The notes beneath the pieces were generated by a model. The model was not told the DNA's origin. It saw nothing but the letters and a program-made list of their open reading frames with translations, and did no database searches. This document shows, piece after piece, positions 9,850-17,344 of a DNA stretch of 35,960 nt (position 1 is its first letter; each line of letters opens with the position of its first letter). The DNA is from a virus (taxonomy: Duplodnaviria; Heunggongvirae; Uroviricota; Caudoviricetes): IMG/VR virus record IMGVR_UViG_2541047842_000004. One strand, given 5' to 3'. The translations under genes and the position numbers were made by a program.

Positions 9850-9927
9850 GAGTACGATACTAAAGCACTTGCAAAAACTTTCAGTTCAACCATAATGCGT
9901 ACTGAAAGTACGAAAAAGGACATTCCT
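9850..9927. promoter_or_regulatory. OR operator / pRM-pR divergent promoter region between cI and cro
   Basis: 78-bp cI-cro spacer containing AGTACGA heptamers (9851-9857, 9907-9913) and an inverted repeat actttcagt (9877-9885) / actgaaagt (9901-9909). Confidence 0.5.
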
Positions 9928-10155
9928 ATGCAAAATCTTGATGAGCCGATTAAAGGTGTCGGCATCCCTGAAGTTGCGAAGGCTTGTGGAGTTAGCGAAA
10001 GGGCTGTCTATAAGTGGCTCAAAAACGGCTTCCTCCCTAAGACTGAGTTTTTTGGGAAAACGAAATACGCATCAAAAATCGAAGAGATTTCTGGTGGCAA
10101 ATATCAAGCAAGCGAAATGCTTGAAATAAGCAAAAAGAACCTTCTGGCAGCATAA
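9928..10155 (+). CDS. cro: Cro-like repressor (HTH)
   Basis: 75-aa product from ATG 9928 with AAGGA Shine-Dalgarno 7 nt upstream; HTH-like segment GIPEVAKACGVSERAVYKWLKNG. The longer track ORF from 9895 would start inside the operator region, so the shorter start is preferred. Confidence 0.8.
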   Translation: MQNLDEPIKGVGIPEVAKACGVSERAVYKWLKNGFLPKTEFFGKTKYASKIEEISGGKYQASEMLEISKKNLLAA

Positions 10156-10162
10156 GTAACAC

Positions 10163-10197
10163 CGCTCTTTATCAATCTGCACCGCCGACAACGCGGT
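10163..10197 (+). promoter_or_regulatory. nutR (boxA plus boxB hairpin)
   Basis: cgctcttta (10163-10171) followed by hairpin ACCGC-cgacaa-CGCGGT (10181-10197), just downstream of cro. Confidence 0.6.
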
Positions 10198-10261
10198 AAC
10201 TAATTAAGAACTCATCGAAAGATGCGTATTAGTGATTATTTACCTATGGAAATAGTAAGAA

Positions 10262-10561
10262 ATGGAACAAACAAATTACAGCAAACTATCACAGCGCGAC
10301 GTTGATCGCGCAGAAACAGATTTACTTATCAACCTGTCAACGCTTACTCAGCGCGGTCTGGCAAAGATGATTGGCTGTCATGAATCGAAGATAAGCAGAA
10401 CAGACTGGAGGTTTATAGCTTCGGTCTTGTGTGCTTTTGGCATGGCATCAGACATCAGTCCGATTAGCAGAGCTTTTAAGTATGCGCTTGATGAAATCAC
10501 CAATAAAAAACGCCCGGTGTGCAAGACCGAGCGTTCTGAACAAATCCAGATGGAGTTCTGA
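10262..10561 (+). CDS. cII: CII-like transcriptional activator (chimeric: divergent N-terminus, lambda-identical C-terminus)
   Basis: 99-aa protein ending ...TNKKRPVCKTERSEQIQMEF, matching the lambda CII C-terminus (…TNKKRPAATERSEQIQMEF); same 33-bp spacing to O as in lambda. Confidence 0.85.
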   Translation: MEQTNYSKLSQRDVDRAETDLLINLSTLTQRGLAKMIGCHESKISRTDWRFIASVLCAFGMASDISPISRAFKYALDEITNKKRPVCKTERSEQIQMEF

Positions 10562-10593
10562 GGTCATTACTGGATCTATCAACAGGAGTCATT

Positions 10594-11493
10594 ATGACAA
10601 ATACAGCAAAAATACTCAACTTCGGCAGAGGTAACTTTGCCGGACAGGAGCGTAATGTGGCAGATCTCGATGATGGTTACGCCAGACTATCAAATATGCT
10701 GCTTGAGGCTTATTCGGGCGCAGATCTGACCAAGCGACAGTTTAAAGTGCTGCTTGCCATTCTGCGTAAAACCTATGGGTGGAATAAACCAATGGACAGA
10801 ATCACCGATTCTCAACTTAGCGAGATTACAAAGTTACCTGTCAAACGGTGCAATGAAGCCAAGTTAGAACTCGTCAGAATGAATATTATCAAGCAGCAAG
10901 GCGGCATGTTTGGACCAAACAAAAACATCTCAGAATGGTGCATCCCTCAAAACGAGGGAAAATCCCCTAAAACGAGGGATAAAACATCCCTCAAATTGGG
11001 GGATTGCTATCCCTCAAAACAGGGGGACACAAAAGACACTATTACAAAAGAAAAAAGAAAAGATTATTCGTCCGAGAATTCTGGCGAATCCTCTGACCAG
11101 CCAGAAAACGATCTTTCTGTGGTTAAACCGGATGCTGCAATTCAGAGCGGCAGTAAGTGGGGAACAGCAGAAGACCTGACCGCCGCAGAGTGGATGTTTG
11201 ACATGGTGAAGACCATCGCGCCATCAGCCAGAAAACCGAATTTTGCTGGGTGGGCTAACGATATCCGCCTGATGCGTGAACGTGACGGACGTAACCACCG
11301 CGATATGTGTGTGCTTTTCCGCTGGGCCTGCCAGGACAACTTCTGGTCCGGTAACGTGCTGAGTCCGGCCAAACTCCGCGACAAGTGGACCCAGCTCGAA
11401 ATCAACCGTAACAAGCAACAGGCTGGCGTGACAGCCGGAAAACCAAAACTCGACCTGACAAACACTGACTGGATTTACGGGGTGGATCTATGA
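10594..11493 (+). CDS. O: Replication initiator protein O
   Basis: 299-aa product MTNTAKILNFGRGNFAGQERNVADLDDGYARLSNMLLEAY... matches lambda O; contains the ori iterons internally. Confidence 0.97.
   Translation: MTNTAKILNFGRGNFAGQERNVADLDDGYARLSNMLLEAYSGADLTKRQFKVLLAILRKTYGWNKPMDRITDSQLSEITKLPVKRCNEAKLELVRMNIIKQQGGMFGPNKNISEWCIPQNEGKSPKTRDKTSLKLGDCYPSKQGDTKDTITKEKRKDYSSENSGESSDQPENDLSVVKPDAAIQSGSKWGTAEDLTAAEWMFDMVKTIAPSARKPNFAGWANDIRLMRERDGRNHRDMCVLFRWACQDNFWSGNVLSPAKLRDKWTQLEINRNKQQAGVTAGKPKLDLTNTDWIYGVDL
10941..11065 (+). repeat. ori-lambda: four ~19-bp iterons followed by an AT-rich unwinding region, inside gene O
   Basis: Iterons atccctcaaaacgaggga (10942), atcccctaaaacgagggat (10962), atccctcaaattgggggat (10986), atccctcaaaacaggggga (11009), then an A-rich tract (…caaaagaaaaaagaaaagattatt). 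Confidence 0.85.
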
Positions 11494-12191
11494 AAAACAT
11501 CGCCGCACAGATGGTTAACTTTGACCGTGAGCAGATGCGTCGGATCGCCAACAACATGCCGGAACAGTACGACGAAAAGCCACAGGTACAGCAGGTAGCG
11601 CAGATCATCAACGGTGTGTTCAGCCAGTTACTGGCAACTTTCCCGGCGAGCCTGGCTAACCGTGACCAGAACGAACTGAACGAAATCCGCCGCCAGTGGG
11701 TTCTGGCTTTCCGGGAAAACGGGATCACCACAATGGAACAGGTTAACGCAGGAATGCGCGTAGCCCGTCGGCAGAATCGACCATTTCTGCCATCACCCGG
11801 GCAGTTTGTTGCATGGTGCCGGGAAGAAGCATCCGTTATCGCCGGACTGCCAAACGTCAGCGAGCTGGTTGATATGGTTTACGAGTATTGCCGGAAGCGA
11901 GGCCTGTATCCGGATGCGGAGTCTTATCCGTGGAAATCAAATGCGCACTACTGGCTGGTTACCAACCTGTATCAGAACATGCGGGCCAATGCGCTTACTG
12001 ATGCGGAATTACGCCGTAAGGCCGCAGATGAGCTTGTCCATATGACTGCGAGAATTAACCGTGGTGAGGCGATCCCTGAACCAGTAAAACAACTTCCTGT
12101 CATGGGCGGTAGACCTCTAAATCGTGCACAGGCTCTGGCGAAGATCGCAGAAATCAAAGCTAAGTTCGGACTGAAAGGAGCAAGTGTATGA
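11490..12191 (+). CDS. P: Replication protein P (DnaB helicase loader)
   Basis: 233-aa product MKNIAAQMVNFDREQMRRIANNMPEQYDEKPQVQQVAQIINGVFSQLLATFP... matches lambda P; 4-nt overlap with O. Confidence 0.97.
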   Translation: MKNIAAQMVNFDREQMRRIANNMPEQYDEKPQVQQVAQIINGVFSQLLATFPASLANRDQNELNEIRRQWVLAFRENGITTMEQVNAGMRVARRQNRPFLPSPGQFVAWCREEASVIAGLPNVSELVDMVYEYCRKRGLYPDAESYPWKSNAHYWLVTNLYQNMRANALTDAELRRKAADELVHMTARINRGEAIPEPVKQLPVMGGRPLNRAQALAKIAEIKAKFGLKGASV

Positions 12192-12478
12192 CGGGCAAAG
12201 AGGCAATTATTCATTACCTGGGGACGCATAATAGCTTCTGTGCGCCGGACGTTGCCGCGCTAACAGGCGCAACAGTAACCAGCATAAATCAGGCCGCGGC
12301 TAAAATGGCACGGGCAGGTCTTCTGGTTATCGAAGGTAAGGTCTGGCGAACGGTGTATTACCGGTTTGCTACCAGGGAAGAACGGGAAGGAAAGATGAGC
12401 ACGAACCTGATTTTCAAGGAGTGTCGCCAGAGTGCCGCGATGAAACGGGTATTGGCGGTATATGGAGTTAAAAGATGA
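12188..12478 (+). CDS. ren: Ren (Rex exclusion escape protein)
   Basis: 96-aa product MTGKEAIIHYLGTHNSFCAPDVAALTGATVTSINQAAAKMARAGLLV... matches lambda Ren. Confidence 0.9.
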   Translation: MTGKEAIIHYLGTHNSFCAPDVAALTGATVTSINQAAAKMARAGLLVIEGKVWRTVYYRFATREEREGKMSTNLIFKECRQSAAMKRVLAVYGVKR

Positions 12479-12551
12479 CCATCTACATTACTGAGCTAAT
12501 AACAGGCCTGCTGGTAATCGCAGGCCTTTTTATTTGGGGGAGAGGGAAGTC

Positions 12552-12992
12552 ATGAAAAAACTAACCTTTGAAATTCGATCTCCAGCACATCAGCAAAACG
12601 CTATTCACGCAGTACAGCAAATCCTTCCAGACCCAACCAAACCAATCGTAGTAACCATTCAGGAACGCAACCGCAGCTTAGACCAAAACAGGAAGCTATG
12701 GGCCTGCTTAGGTGACGTCTCTCGTCAGGTTGAATGGCATGGTCGCTGGCTGGATGCAGAAAGCTGGAAGTGTGTGTTTACCGCAGCATTAAAGCAGCAG
12801 GATGTTGTTCCTAACCTTGCCGGGAATGGCTTTGTGGTAATAGGCCAGTCAACCAGCAGGATGCGTGTAGGCGAATTTGCGGAGCTATTAGAGCTTATAC
12901 AGGCATTCGGTACAGAGCGTGGCGTTAAGTGGTCAGACGAAGCGAGACTGGCTCTGGAGTGGAAAGCGAGATGGGGAGATCGGGCTGCATGA
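12552..12992 (+). CDS. ninB: NinB (Orf recombination protein)
   Basis: 146-aa product from MKKLTFEIRSPAHQQNAIHAVQQILPDPTKP..., matching lambda NinB; the longer track ORF starts upstream. Confidence 0.9.
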   Translation: MKKLTFEIRSPAHQQNAIHAVQQILPDPTKPIVVTIQERNRSLDQNRKLWACLGDVSRQVEWHGRWLDAESWKCVFTAALKQQDVVPNLAGNGFVVIGQSTSRMRVGEFAELLELIQAFGTERGVKWSDEARLALEWKARWGDRAA

Positions 12993-13516
12993 CTATCAAA
13001 TCAAATACGCCAGCACACGACAAGGACTGCTGGCAAACGCCGCTTTGGCTTTTTGATGCACTGGATATTGAGTTTGGATTCTGGCTGGATTCGGCAGCGA
13101 GCGACAAAAATGCTCTGTGTGCTCACTGGCTAACTGAGGCCGACGACGCGCTCAATTCTGAGTGGGTAAGCCACGGTGCAATCTGGAATAACCCACCGTA
13201 CAGCAATATCAGGCCGTGGGTGGAAAAAGCCGCTGAGCAGTGCATACAACAGCGACAGACGGTAGTTATGCTTGTGCCAGAGGATATGTCAGTCGGATGG
13301 TTCAGCAAGGCTCTGGAGAGTGTCGACGAAGTTCGCATTATCACTGATGGACGGATTAATTTTATCGAACCATCGACAGGGCTGGAGAAGAAGGGAAACA
13401 GCAAAGGCTCCATGCTGCTGATTTGGCGACCGTTCATCAGTCCTCGACGGATGTTTACTACCGTATCCAAAGCGGCATTGATGGCGATCGGGCAGGGCGT
13501 CAGGAGGGCGGCATGA
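12989..13516 (+). CDS. Phage DNA N6-adenine methyltransferase (Dam-like orphan MTase)
   Basis: 175-aa product from [30 protein letters not shown]... with a catalytic (D/N)PPY-type motif (WNNPPYSN); occupies the lambda ninC position. Confidence 0.8.
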   Translation: MTIKSNTPAHDKDCWQTPLWLFDALDIEFGFWLDSAASDKNALCAHWLTEADDALNSEWVSHGAIWNNPPYSNIRPWVEKAAEQCIQQRQTVVMLVPEDMSVGWFSKALESVDEVRIITDGRINFIEPSTGLEKKGNSKGSMLLIWRPFISPRRMFTTVSKAALMAIGQGVRRAA

Positions 13517-13689
13517 GGCGACAGCGACGAAGTTTCACCGACATCATCTGCGAAAACTGCAAATACCTTCCAACGAAACGCTCCAGAAATAAACGCAAGC
13601 CAATCCCAAAAGAATCTGACGTAAAAACCTTCAATTACACAGCTCACCTGTGGGATATCCGGTGGCTAAGATATCGTGCGAGGAAATGA
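13513..13689 (+). CDS. ninE: NinE-like protein
   Basis: 58-aa product [58 protein letters not shown] resembles lambda NinE; ATGA overlap with the preceding gene. Confidence 0.7.
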   Translation: MRRQRRSFTDIICENCKYLPTKRSRNKRKPIPKESDVKTFNYTAHLWDIRWLRYRARK

Positions 13690-14033
13690 CAATGGATTAT
13701 TCACAGTTAAGTGATTTTGAAATTAACAGAATGGTAGGAGACATAATTTTTAAAGGCCTTTGGGCAAGTAAACCGGAAACATCAGGGAATAACACCAACA
13801 AATGGTATTACGGAAATGCTGATACAACTTTTGAGCCATTAAATCATTTGCCTGACTACTGCAATGATCCGAGCGCTTCATGGCCGATTATTGAGAAATA
13901 CAGGATTTCTATCTTAGACCAGTTAACTGAATGGTGTGTGGATGCAAAAGGCGTAAGCCCAATATTTGATACCAGACCTCTCCGCGCCGCCATTATTGTC
14001 TTTCTCCTGATGCAGGAGGCCAATAATGCTTAG
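13686..14033 (+). CDS. Hypothetical nin-region protein (possibly NinX-like)
   Basis: About 116 aa from [26 protein letters not shown]...; ATGA-type overlap with ninE; family not recognised with confidence. Confidence 0.55.
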   Translation: MTMDYSQLSDFEINRMVGDIIFKGLWASKPETSGNNTNKWYYGNADTTFEPLNHLPDYCNDPSASWPIIEKYRISILDQLTEWCVDAKGVSPIFDTRPLRAAIIVFLLMQEANNA

Positions 14034-14243
14034 CCCATCTCAATCCCTTCAATACCTGAAAGGAAGCATAGAGCGGGCTTCAATGTGCACAGAGTGGATT
14101 CTATCTAGGTTTAGCGCATACAGAAGATTGCCGGTAAAGGGCATGCCAAGCAAGTCGATGCTGCATATGCAAAAGAATGCGCGCGGGAAGGTATGGCGAG
14201 AACGCAGGTTATCTGGCTGAAAGAGGGGGTAATTAAGGCGTGA
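14026..14243 (+). pseudogene. Probable recombination scar: NinF-like 5' fragment joined out of frame to a ybcO-like (DUF1364) 3' fragment
   Basis: Frame from 14026 begins [19 protein letters not shown] (NinF-like N-terminus as recalled) then diverges; a different frame ends ...[31 protein letters not shown], resembling the YbcO C-terminus, with stop at 14241-14243 overlapping the rusA start. Confidence 0.4.
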
Positions 14244-14602
14244 ATACTTACCACATCACACTACCCTGGCCTCCGAGCAATAATCGCTATTATCGCCATA
14301 ATCGCGGGCGCACGCACGTCAGCGCAGAGGGGCAGGCATACCGCGATAACGTCGCCCGAATCATTAAAAACGCAATGCTGGATATCGGCCTGGCGATGCC
14401 TGTGAAAATCCGCATTGAGTGCCACATGCCGGATCGCCGTCGCCGTGACCTGGATAATCTGCAAAAAGCCGCTTTTGACGCACTCACCAAAGCAGGTTTC
14501 TGGCTGGATGATGCTCAGGTCGTTGATTACCGCGTTGTGAAGATGCCTGTTACCAAAGGTGGGAGGCTGGAATTGACCATCACCGAAATGGGGAATGAAT
14601 GA
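14240..14602 (+). CDS. rusA: Holliday junction resolvase RusA
   Basis: 120-aa product (GTG start) [47 protein letters not shown]... matches E. coli DLP12 RusA. Confidence 0.9.
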   Translation: MNTYHITLPWPPSNNRYYRHNRGRTHVSAEGQAYRDNVARIIKNAMLDIGLAMPVKIRIECHMPDRRRRDLDNLQKAAFDALTKAGFWLDDAQVVDYRVVKMPVTKGGRLELTITEMGNE

Positions 14603-14739
14603 TGTTTGAGTTTTATATGGCAGAACGTCTTCGCCACCGCTGGGTGCGTCTGCGCTTATATCGTTTCCCCGGTTCTGTTTTGACCGATTACCGAATACTG
14701 AAGAATTACGCCAAAACACTGACAGGAGCAGGAGTATGA
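14599..14739 (+). CDS. ylcG: YlcG-like small protein
   Basis: Hand-translated 46-aa [49 protein letters not shown], overlapping the rusA stop; resembles DLP12 YlcG as recalled. Confidence 0.6.
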   Translation: MMFEFYMAERLRHRWVRLRLYRFPGSVLTDYRILKNYAKTLTGAGV

Positions 14740-14824
14740 AGTCAGAGATAACAATCAACTAATACTGTTTTGCTGATTTTTGCTTGTAATTGGCGTTCTG
14801 GTCTGATTTTTGTGGAGTAAGTTG

Positions 14825-15202
14825 ATGCGTGATATTCAGATGGTTCTTGAGCGTTGGGGAGCGTGGGCGGCTAATAATCATGAAGATGTGACCTGGTCGT
14901 CCATTGCCGCCGGTTTTAAGGGATTAATTCCTTCAAAAGTAAAATCTCGCCCGCAATGTTGTGACGATGACGCGATGATCATTTGCGGGTGCATGGCCCG
15001 TCTGAAAAATAACAACAGCGATTTGCATGATTTGTTAGTGGACTATTATGTCGGCGGCATGACTTTTATGGCGCTTGCGCGTAAGCATGGTAGATCTGAT
15101 TGTTGGATTGGCAGGATGCTCCAAAAAGCTGAGGGCGTAGTGGAGGGCATGCTGATGGTGTTGGATCTCAGATTGGAGATGGATGCTGATTGTTTGAGAT
15201 AA
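14825..15202 (+). CDS. Q: Late-gene antiterminator Q (phage 82 / DLP12 QuuD type)
   Basis: 125-aa product from ATG 14825: [60 protein letters not shown]...; resembles QuuD/Q82 as recalled; followed by a terminator. Confidence 0.85.
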   Translation: MRDIQMVLERWGAWAANNHEDVTWSSIAAGFKGLIPSKVKSRPQCCDDDAMIICGCMARLKNNNSDLHDLLVDYYVGGMTFMALARKHGRSDCWIGRMLQKAEGVVEGMLMVLDLRLEMDADCLR

Positions 15203-15300
15203 TTAAAGGAAAAGTTGCTGTCTGGTTATCATTAGACTAATGTTTCAAATGTTAGAATCGCAACGTAGTTATGATCATATAACAGCTTGTTCCCTGATTT

Positions 15301-15330
15301 AGCCAGCCTCCCCAAAGGCTGGTTTTTTTT
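15301..15330 (+). terminator. tR'-like rho-independent terminator downstream of Q
   Basis: Hairpin AGCCAGCC-tccccaaa-GGCTGG followed by an 8-T run; in the position of lambdoid tR', where Q acts. Confidence 0.6.
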
Positions 15331-15358
15331 CTAATAAGTATCAATCCGGTTAGGTATT

Positions 15359-15883
15359 TTATTGTTTGACCCATAATAGTTCATTGACATTGAATCCCAA
15401 TTTTTGAGCAGTACGCACATAGTCTGCTTTTACATTATCTGGAATAGTTGGAGTCCGTGCCAGAATCCATAGGTATTCTCTGTTCGGACCACTGACAAGA
15501 GCATACTTATACTCATCATCCAGTTTGATTACATTATAGCCACCATAGAAGGGGCCAAAAAACGAAACCTTCAACGCTGCAGTTGTATTATCTCCTGTAA
15601 AGTATGCTTTACCTTCGCTCTCGCTCCATTTGTTTTTCGTTGGGTCATATCCACGATTAAGTACACTAATCCCTCCGTCGTTCCGTTTCCCATAAGTGGC
15701 GCTGACCTGTTCCAGACCACGTTCAAATCGGTTCTCAAGCCGAGCTATTTCATACCATTTTCCGAGGTAGCGGTTGGTGTCAAAATTTGTAATCGGCTGC
15801 ACACCTTTAGGTGGTGTCGGGGCCTTACATGCTATCAGAGTGAAAGAGAGTGCAATGCCAGTCAACACAGGCCATAACTTCAT
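15359..15883 (-). CDS. blc: Bacterial lipocalin (Blc-like outer-membrane lipoprotein)
   Basis: 174-aa product with a lipoprotein signal peptide and lipobox (LIAC) and lipocalin motifs (GKWYEIARLENRFERG, YFTGDNTTAALKVSFFGPFYGGYNVI); resembles E. coli Blc. Confidence 0.85.
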   Translation of the reverse strand: MKLWPVLTGIALSFTLIACKAPTPPKGVQPITNFDTNRYLGKWYEIARLENRFERGLEQVSATYGKRNDGGISVLNRGYDPTKNKWSESEGKAYFTGDNTTAALKVSFFGPFYGGYNVIKLDDEYKYALVSGPNREYLWILARTPTIPDNVKADYVRTAQKLGFNVNELLWVKQ

Positions 15884-16075
15884 AATATATCCTGTACTTT
15901 TGATAGTTGAGAGTAAGTATTAAAGATAGATGATTACTACCGATCACCTAAAGAACTTTCCTACTATATTAGGAATAGTCCATAACAAAAAAATTGTCAG
16001 TGATGACGGCAGAAAGGCAGTTTAGGTCGTGTACTACACTGTTAACCTGTTAATGAATTAGTCAAGGGGTAGGCA

Positions 16076-17035
16076 ATGATAAAAAAACCTGTCGTTGGGA
16101 TCAGTGGTTGTTTGGCCGGTTCTTCTGTCCGTTTTGATGGTGGTCACAAAAGAGCTAGCTTTTTAATGGACAAATTACTGGAATGGGTAACATTCAAACC
16201 AGTATGTCCGGAAATGGCTATAGGGCTTCCAGTTCCGCGTCCTGCTCTACGTCTTGTTCGCTCGGCGCAAGGAAATATACGGATGTGTTTCAGCCACGAC
16301 CAGAATGAGGATGTTACAGAGAAAATGACAGAGTTTAGTCGTTCTTATCTTGACAAATTAAAGGATGTATCGGGATTTGTGGTTTGTGCAAAATCTCCTA
16401 GCTGTGGTATGGAACGCGTGCGTGTATATGATGAAAATGGTAATCGTGGTCGTAAAGATGGAGTGGGACTATTTACGAGCACGTTGATGGAAAGGTTTTC
16501 CTGGCTACCGGTTGAAGAGGATGGGCGACTACATGATCCAGTGCTTCGTGAAAACTTTGTTGAAAGAGTATTTGCTTTACATGAGCTCAATCATCTTTAT
16601 AAAGCGAAATTATCAAGAAGGGAATTATTAGCTTTTCATAGCCGTTATAAGCTTCAGTTGTTGGCGCATAGCCAGGCCGGTTATAAAGAGATGGGGCCAT
16701 TTGTGGCTGCAATACATGAGTGGGCAGACCTTGAATCATACTTTGAGGTGTATCGTGAGAAGCTGATGGCGATTCTCAGAAAACCTGCATCACGTAAAAA
16801 TCACACGAATGTGCTGATGCATATACAGGGATATTTTAGTAACTGCTTAAATACACGTCAGCGTAAAGAGTTGAGCGATGTTATACTTAACTATCGAGCT
16901 GGCACGCTACCTCTTCTTGCGCCATTAACTTTGCTGAAGCATTACTTGGCAGAGTATCCTGATGATTATTTGCTTATACAGAATTACTTCCACCCCTATC
17001 CTGATGAACTGGCTCTAAGACTCTTGGTGAACTAG
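16076..17035 (+). CDS. DUF523 (TudS-like Cys-rich domain) fused to DUF1722 (YbgA-like) protein
   Basis: 319-aa product; N-terminal conserved cysteines (GISGCLAG..., PVCPEMAIGLP..., CAKSPSCGMERV) and a C-terminal YbgA-like region (…FHSRYKLQLLAHSQ…HTNVLMHIQGYF…). Domain assignment is by recollection. Confidence 0.75.
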   Translation: MIKKPVVGISGCLAGSSVRFDGGHKRASFLMDKLLEWVTFKPVCPEMAIGLPVPRPALRLVRSAQGNIRMCFSHDQNEDVTEKMTEFSRSYLDKLKDVSGFVVCAKSPSCGMERVRVYDENGNRGRKDGVGLFTSTLMERFSWLPVEEDGRLHDPVLRENFVERVFALHELNHLYKAKLSRRELLAFHSRYKLQLLAHSQAGYKEMGPFVAAIHEWADLESYFEVYREKLMAILRKPASRKNHTNVLMHIQGYFSNCLNTRQRKELSDVILNYRAGTLPLLAPLTLLKHYLAEYPDDYLLIQNYFHPYPDELALRLLVN

Positions 17036-17344
17036 GCGTTTGGAATGCACCAACAAGATGATTTTCTCCTTAGAGAATGTTTACAATCGTAAAAACTTCA
17101 CTATGATATCTATAGTTGTACAGTTTGTAAAAAAATTCGGTTCATGCTTAAGGTAATGTTAATATGTTAATTAATGATTAATAATCAAGCAAGCCAAAAA
17201 TAGTTCTGTTTAATCTAGTATTACATAAATATTTTAAAGAAAATATCAAAGTTCATGATGATATAATGAGATTTTTCTCATTGAAAATATGGCAATTTTA
17301 ATATTTCCACCTATACTTACTTAACTCAAATCTAATTATGTCAG

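Noticed and set aside
9895-10155. Longer 86-aa start for cro (MRTESTKKDIPMQ...)
   Set aside because: That start lies within the inverted-repeat and heptamer operator-like elements and lacks a good Shine-Dalgarno; the ATG at 9928 has AAGGA 7 nt upstream.
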